A DNA stretch of 64,000 nucleotides from Epithemia pelagica (taxonomy: Eukaryota; Protista; Bacillariophyta): contig OX337237.1 in NCBI GenBank assembly GCA_946965045.2, forward strand, positions 558,001 through 622,000, written 5' to 3'. The position numbers and the translations under genes were made by a program. Within the stretch, counting starts at the first letter, position 1. Each line of letters opens with the position of its first letter. The notes under the pieces are model-generated. The model had not been told where the DNA came from, made no database searches, and worked only from the letters and a program-made list of their open reading frames with translations. Positions 57,177-64,000 of this stretch are shown here, one piece after another.

Positions 57177-58987
57177 ATGATGAATGAATTTATCGAACAC
57201 AACACAATTCAATTCAAATCTAAATGCCGGCCCATGTACGTTCTCCACTCGAGTAAACCTTTCTTTACTCTCATGGACGATTTCATCAACGGCACAGAGC
57301 AACCTTCCATGACACCCAACGCACTCCGCTATGCTGTTCATCGACAAACCATATCGTGGCTCATCCGGCACGATGGCTTCATCTTCTACAAAGAATGGAA
57401 CACATCGCAATCACAGTCTCATCCCTGCCTACTCCAACTATTCCATTTCTGGGAACAAGTACAACTGATTGTGTGCATCATCGTGCGGACATTAAAAGAT
57501 GGGTTTCCCAAACAGCATCCAGTCGACTCATTCCAACATTTTTTCATCCCTAACGAATCAAACGACTCCAACCGGCTGATACTTTCCATAAGTTGTGACC
57601 CTTTCTTCACTGTAATGGAGAATTCCAAATTCGAGCAATGCATGGAATTCACCAAGCAAATGTGCATACAAGGCCCACCCATTCCTACCGAAACCATCAT
57701 CTCATCATGGTTTATCCGCACTGGTTGTGCCATCTATTGCAAACCATGCGCACAAGATTTCATCGTTGATTACTACGTTGCGGATTCTCATACGGAAGAA
57801 ACGGCAACACAACAGACGCTCTTTCCAGTGCACCTGCGGCCCTACTTGTCATTATTGCAGCAACTCTTTGCTAGTCAATACAAACCAAACGTCTCAAACA
57901 GTCCTACATTACCCACTCCTACCAACAACCAATCGTCATCGACCAATTCCTTGCCGGAAGACAGTGGAAAGAAGGAGATTTCTTTACCCCATGAGATCCA
58001 AAACCAGTCTACACCCAAAAAGAACCAGTCGAAAGGTTCACCAAAGAAATCTCCCACAGGTACACACTCATACTCAACAAGACACCGGACTTCAACAGTA
58101 GCCAAATTGCTTCAATCCGCATCTCGTTCCAAACTGCAAATATCATATCCTGACCGGAGACACCAACCTGGGAAACCTCCATTATTGATGACTCCACCGA
58201 AATGTGGACTTCATATCCGGATGCTTGAGGAGAGCATTGTGGAGAAAAGACTTTCCATGCTTTCCCAGATGATTGCTTTCCACGAGGAACTCCAAGAAAA
58301 AGGATTCTTCGCACCTCGGGACAAATGGACAAGTTGGCTTGACTGTCAACACGACCCTAGTGCTGATCGACCTTTCATGATTTTAATGACAATTTGCATG
58401 AGCAGCAGTACGTCGGATCTTCAACTGAGCTCAATCATGCCACGGCTGTTCGCTTTTTGCCTCACTTCAGCAATGGCCGTCATAGAAATCGCGCAACAAT
58501 ATGGAATGGATGCCCTTTGTTCCATCTTCTCAGAGTCCGGTCGATACTATCAAAACACTGAGAGAATCGTTAATGCGGCAGACTACTTCTGTCAACGGCA
58601 TCATGGGAAAATTCCAAACGACATAACAATCTACGAGTTGACTACGTTGTATGGCATTGGGTACAAAACCGCCTGCATAGTGATCAAAACGGCGTTTCAA
58701 AGAGTGGATAGTATACCGTCCGACATTCATGTCATCAGGTGGAGTGAGCATCTTGGATGGGTCCCAAAAGGTGTCACTGGTTGCCATGTTCCAAAGTTCT
58801 CGAATCTTGGCTGCCCCCTGAAACTTGGCATGCCATCAATCCCCTCTTTGGCGCGTTCGGACAACATTCCGTATCTTATGAATCACGAACAGCATTCCTA
58901 TCGCAGTTGCGCCAGACGGACAGAGTTGATTTCTCTATGCGCAAAACAATCGAGTCCATGATCTACAAATATCAAGTATTCTCCTAA
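57177..58987 (+). CDS. Endonuclease III (NTH)-like HhH-GPD DNA glycosylase with unknown N-terminal domain; single-base frameshift near 58775-58795
   Basis: FMILMTICMSSSTSD, HhH motif LYGIGYKTA (Lys 58665), PSDIHV.RW..HLGW (Asp 58722). The expected continuation VLESWLPPETWHAINPLFGAFGQ is in the alternative ORF 58757-58987. First ATG at 57177. Confidence 0.82.
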
Positions 58988-59089
58988 ACTCTTAATCGCT
59001 CTTTGTGGTAAATTCATAAATTCCAATAGTAAAATCTTCCTCTGTAAATCTCATGTTTCACACTCATCTTCTCTTTTTGGTTCGTTCTT

Positions 59090-62000
59090 TTATTCTTCGG
59101 CATCGTCTTCGTCTTCTTCTTCTTCTTCATCGCGTTCGTCATCGTCGTTTTCATCATCGTTGTCATCGTCATCACCATCCGAACGGGTTGATTCTTCTTC
59201 TTCATCGTCACACACGTCGTCATCTCCTTGGTCTTGGTTTTCATCATCGCCATCGTCATCCTCTTCTTCTGTATTCAGAGCACTCTCGTCTTTTTCCAAG
59301 TCTCTGTCCACTGACATCTCGTCATTCTCCTCTGTGTCCACCTGAGACCGCTTGGTTGTCCTGTCCTTTAGCAGTTTCTTGTTGTTTTTGCGAATGCGAG
59401 GAGATTGTCGAATGGGTACGGTTTTGTTTCTCTTCTTTGCCGGAGATGTGGGAGCACTGGATGGACTAGGTTTACGTTTCCATCCCAATGTGGATTGGAC
59501 CGGTGCATCCTTCTTGGCATTTTTCCCTTTTGGCTTTGTATTATCGGTCTTTGTATTGTCGGTATTGTCGGGTTTCGTAACTTTGATGACCTGCACGTCA
59601 GTATCATTGCCATCATCTCTGGTTTTGTCATCTCCGGTTTTGTCTTCTCCGTCATTGTCTTCCGGCATGGTAACGAGTTCTTCTAGACGAGGATCGTCGT
59701 CCGTCTCGTCCCACAATTCCTTGTCCAGTACATGGTCAATGATCCCATCACTATCTTCGTCTGGATCCTTCGGCATAGGCAATGAGGAGGCTACCGAATC
59801 AAATTTGTATTTGTCATCAATCTCGACATATGCAACCCGGTTGAAGTCAATTGGAGTTGTAGTTTCTCCATGAGTCGACAACTTGTAGACCACGTTGTCC
59901 ATTGCACTATCCATTGCCACCGCTTCAGTTCCATCCTTGTCATCTTCATCGTCAGGCAACGGAGGTACAACCCCAGCATCTTTGGGTACCTCCTCAGGTG
60001 GTGGGACCGGAATGGTTGTTGATTCATTCTGTCCGTTGTCTTCTTCCGCTGGCTTTTTGTATCCAACCACGGGATAGTACGTGCCCCCAACTGCCGGGTC
60101 TTCCAAGACATTGCTGTTGACTTTGTATGAGTGGGAATACTGGCGGAAGCCCGTAGTTGCATCCTGGACGGCCGAGGTTTGAAACTTTTTCCGTTGGTCT
60201 TGAAGACTCAATTCGACTGCCGCATCCATTGCCGCATCCTCGGGGTGCACAATCCGTTTGTCGTATGACTTACTGGTGCCAATGCCCTTTTCAATGTTCT
60301 TCTCGTTCGTTGCAATCTCCTCCAAGACTTTTCTGTTAATGTACTCCATAGTACGCATTTCATTTGTTTTTTTTTCATGTTGCCCATTAACTTATTCTGG
60401 AGCATCCAACTCCCGATAGAGAAGATTCTCTCTTGGAAGGCATTGGTGGCCGGTTTGGCCAACCAGATGATCGCCGACGGGAACACATATTCCCAATTGC
60501 TGGAGTGCACGTTCCACCAACCCATCAGATCGAAGTGTTGGCCTACTTCAAGGTAGTTGCGATTGTGGCAATGGCGCGAGAATGTTTCCTTAGCTTCGAC
60601 AGACCAGTCGTCATATTCGTCCAGGAACTTGGGTGTTGGGTACTGCTTGATAACCTGCTCCCAGTTATTGTCAATTTGGGAACGGCAGTGTCGCAGGAAA
60701 TCATCGTACGAATCATTGCAGGCTTTGCGGAGTGCCTCTTCGATTTCTTTTTCTTTTGCTGCATTCGATGCCCTTCCTGTTAGATGGAGCATAGCTTGGT
60801 TCTTCAAATCGCTGGAGCGTCGAATTCGTTCAAACACATCGATTGCTTTGTATTTCAGTGTTGCTGAATTGCCCGATGAAGAAGCGGCGGTTTCCGTTGA
60901 GTTTCCTTGTTTCTTGTCGCCCTGTTGTCCTTGTTTCGCCATTGCAGCTCCGATAGTTGAAACACGTGCATTTATGTGGAGATCAACCATGTCTTGGACA
61001 AAAATACGACGCCCTTCCTTCACTGTATCCAAGTCGTAAACTCCAAAACTCACAAACATGTCAGCATAGACACTGGCCAACAGAGGATTTGCACATACAG
61101 CCTTTAGGGCATCAGGGTCGCGGTTGAATAGGTAGTGCCTGTATTCTTGAATTATGCGTCGGATAAGAAGTCGGGCACCGGGTTCTAGCTCCTTGTATGG
61201 GATTAGTCGCCGCATCTCTTCTAGGTCATCCATTGTGCAACTTGCATCCCAAAAAATATCACTGTCATCGGAAGAGATAGGCAAAACCCCAACTCCGCAG
61301 TCAGGCTCTTCCATACGCATTCTCTGGGCATGATAGAAGGCCGTATAAATCTCAAGTAAAGATGCAGAGTTGGCTCCTGGGTCTTCTGTTTGGAGTTTCA
61401 TGGAGACCCGCTTCAAATTTGTTAGGATGCCTTCGTATTGTGCCATCAACTTCCAGTCGTCTTCCTCAGGATAGTGTTCCTTGAATTGAGGGTTGCTTCG
61501 GACTGCAGTCTTTACGTACAGATCCATCATCTTTTTGTTGCGTAGAAGTGCCTGCTTAGATAAGACACAACCACCAACTCGGGTGTCGTTGGGGAGGGGA
61601 ATGACAACAACCCGTCCGCCAAGTTTCTTGATGCCCTCCTTGAACTTTCTCCAACGGTGAGGGGCTTTCTTGGCAGTGAGCCATGAAGCAAATTTCTCGA
61701 AAATCATCCAGCAATCGCAAAAGAGCTTATTACTTTCCATTAAGATATGGTTGTTGTATCGTTCGACAAGACCCGTCGCGTGTTTCAGGATCAATTCGGC
61801 CTTGTGCATATCGCACTTACCGGCCTTGTTGGGGTTGCCGATAATGTACTTCCCCACCAAAACAGCCGCGGAGGTATTGTCATTCACGGCCGCGCAGAGA
61901 TCTTTGGAGGTGAGACCAACACTCAAGAGGAGATGGTCCGTCAAATTCGCAACATCTGTTGCCGCGTGACCATGGCATTCGGCAAGGCCGATGGGGATCC

Positions 62001-63129
62001 GGTAGATTGTGCAATTTTGCGGATCTGTAAACATGATGGTGACACCGAGCACATCATGGTCACGGGCTTGCCAAATATCGTGGCAGCAAGTGACAAATGG
62101 AACGTCTTGGGAACAGAGACGGTTGTATTCAGCTCTGGCCTTGCGGACGAGAGAGGCAACAACAAGGAAAAAGTTCTGATACGACGAGATCCGAATCTTC
62201 GTGATCTGCCGCCGACTCATGATCTCAACACGGCTGCCCTTCAGCAAGCCGGCATTTTCCATGGCAAACTGGATCATTTTGCGAAACTGAGGTTTCTCGA
62301 CTGTGATTGCTGGAAGGCAACAGTCGTTCACGAACCGGTATATCAGCGTTTGGAATTCGGATTGAGTTGCTGAATTTGTTGGGTGGTCCTTCCGGCAGTG
62401 AGACATAGTAGATTGCTTATAAGGAGAAACCTTCCTCTCCTGGTCGGCATCAATGTCGAACTCTTTATGCTTCTTGTCACAGTGCTGTGAAATGTTGGAT
62501 GGGCGGAGGGAACCACAAAGAACAACTGATTCTGAAAGTGTCTTCTTATCATCTCGGAAACAGATGGGGCAAATGATACATTTCCGACAGACTTCTCCAA
62601 AACGCTCTTTTGAAAGTTCAGCGTGTTTGGCTGGAGGGGCATCGAGTGGGACAGGGTTTTCCCCAACCTTGACAAAGGCTTTGAGTTGGTTGATAATTTT
62701 GCGCATGCCAGCAAACTCGTAATAATTATGCTCCACTCCAATGATGTTGTTCTCAAGCAATGCCCAATCGATGTGTACTGCAAAATCCCACCACTTGGAA
62801 TGATTCGGAAAGGACAAGAAATAGGGATGAACAGTGTCAAGAAGAGGAACCATCTCTTTCTCGTTCTTAGCGGCAGTGTCGACAGCTCCTTCGATTTGTG
62901 CAAAGTTAGCGTCGACTTTTGCTTGTTGTTTTTTCAATGCCGAGGGTTTGCGTTGTAAGGGAGATTTCTTCTTCGGATTTGTAGAGGGCGGAGGTTTCTT
63001 CTTGGATGACGGAGTCTTGTTGGATTTAGGAGTCTTTTTCTTCGGTTTGGGAGTTCGCTTTTTAGATGATGAAGAAGGTAAAGGGGCTTCATCCCCTTTT
63101 GATGGAGATTCTCCCGGATCGTCCGGCAT
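59090..63129 (-). CDS. hAT transposase with long acidic C-terminal extension; frameshift in a T9 run at 60367-60375
   Basis: BED-like CPIC...QHCDKKH, TCCHDIW, VNDNTS, CDMH, NDTRVGG, and dimerisation motif PATNAFQERIFS. Correcting the homopolymer joins KKK-TNEMRTMEYIN to ORF 59090-60358. Confidence 0.9.
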
Positions 63130-63339
63130 GGTGAAACAATGAACAGTATCTCAAGAATAACAAAGGTATGTATGAAACTTGTTTGGTTGCTGTGTGTGAG
63201 AGGAGGAGAGGAGGAGGCGGTGAAACGATACCATGCTGTTACCAGAGGTGCTTATCCTCATCTGTTGCACGTGTGAGATTGGATTAATGGGGGAAAAGAA
63301 TGCGTGGGAAGATCGTGGAAAGTAGAAAGGGAGTGAGAT

Positions 63340-63675
63340 GAGGATTTACTTTCTACTGAATGGTGGATAATACTTGACAGTGGTGCTTGACTTTCGTACT
63401 TTGTGTTGCCAGCATGGGTGGTGGTGAGTTACTATGTTACTTATAGTCAGTCGTCAGCGATGGTGGTGCTTTACTTGATTACTTTATGACGTGGTGTAAA
63501 GTGGGGGGTACTTTAATTATGTACTTTGCGATAACGCAGTAGGAGAGGAGTAATGTACTTCGTGTAGTAAAGTAATGATCGAGTGAGATGGTTACTTTAC
63601 TTCGGGAAGTAGAAGTAAGGTAAAGTATAGTATAAAAGTATGGTACTTTGCAAAAAAGGGTACTTTTTACTTCAC
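63340..63675. repeat. Right subterminal TACTT(T) motif array
   Basis: About eight TACTTT plus three AAAGTA copies by hand count. Confidence 0.75.
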
Positions 63676-64000
63676 AACTCTGGTTGTGTGCGTTGTTGTT
63701 GTTGCCAAAAAGATTCGCCAAACGCTGATCTCTCTTTTCCACAAGAAAGAGATTTTCATTTTCGTGTTTTTGCGTTTTTGATGAAAATTTCTGGTCAAAA
63801 TGAAAATGATCACGCCGGCCTTCTGTGTCACCCTTTTGAAATCTTGTGAGCAGACGTGCGCGCTTTGACCGTTGGTCTTCTCGTTCGTCCTCACTTTCCC
63901 CTGCCAATCCACACAATTTTTTCTCGTCTTCTTCTCTTCTCCCTCTTTCTAATGGACAATGGACATGCACCATGACCATGCATTCTCTATCATGCATACC

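Larger units (their letters stand above)
56687..63682 (-). mobile_element. hAT DNA transposon (~7 kb) with cargo glycosylase gene; left boundary approximate
   Basis: hAT transposase; TACTTT-rich subterminal arrays at both sides; the right end reads CAGAGTTGTGAAGTA on the minus strand, a CAG-initiated hAT-like terminus. Only a weak left-end match (CCGAGGGATAAGTAAA at 56687); no 8-bp TSD confirmed. Confidence 0.65.

Overview
Eukaryotic, most likely pennate-diatom DNA: it has CoDi-type Copia retrotransposons, GT-AG introns and an A-F cleavage bipartite plastid targeting peptide. No rRNA, tRNA or CRISPR array was found. The window is a transposon-rich block (about 1-34 kb), a host-gene island with one transposase (about 34.6-54.8 kb) and a terminal DNA transposon (about 56.7-63.7 kb). 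(1) 1-9035: remnant of a Plavaka/CACTA-like element with a 1628+ aa double-RING plus TET/JBP-like dioxygenase gene and two convergent Cys-rich paralogues. (2) 9036-17040: a non-autonomous Copia element with 771-bp LTRs whose flanks come from two different loci, followed by the 3' half of a second Copia. (3) 17041-34090: a tandemly amplified locus of Crinkler/RHS-like NTPase-REase genes. Two copies share a spliced, mitochondrial-presequence-like header and switch to unrelated C-terminal modules at one junction; a third copy is a truncated pseudogene. The block also holds a degenerate Rep-like ORF with an origin-like repeat region and a truncated kelch gene. (4) Host genes: plastid DUF179 protein, secreted NTF2-like protein, Kv channel, Ctr copper transporter and bHLH factor, plus an intron-containing RAG1/Transib-like transposase. 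(5) A hAT element that appears to carry an Endonuclease III-like HhH-GPD glycosylase as cargo. The strongest lead is that two unrelated DNA transposons each carry an enzyme of a base-modification or base-excision class, suggesting transposon-encoded counter-silencing in a diatom. All family calls come from motif recognition by eye; no searches were run.
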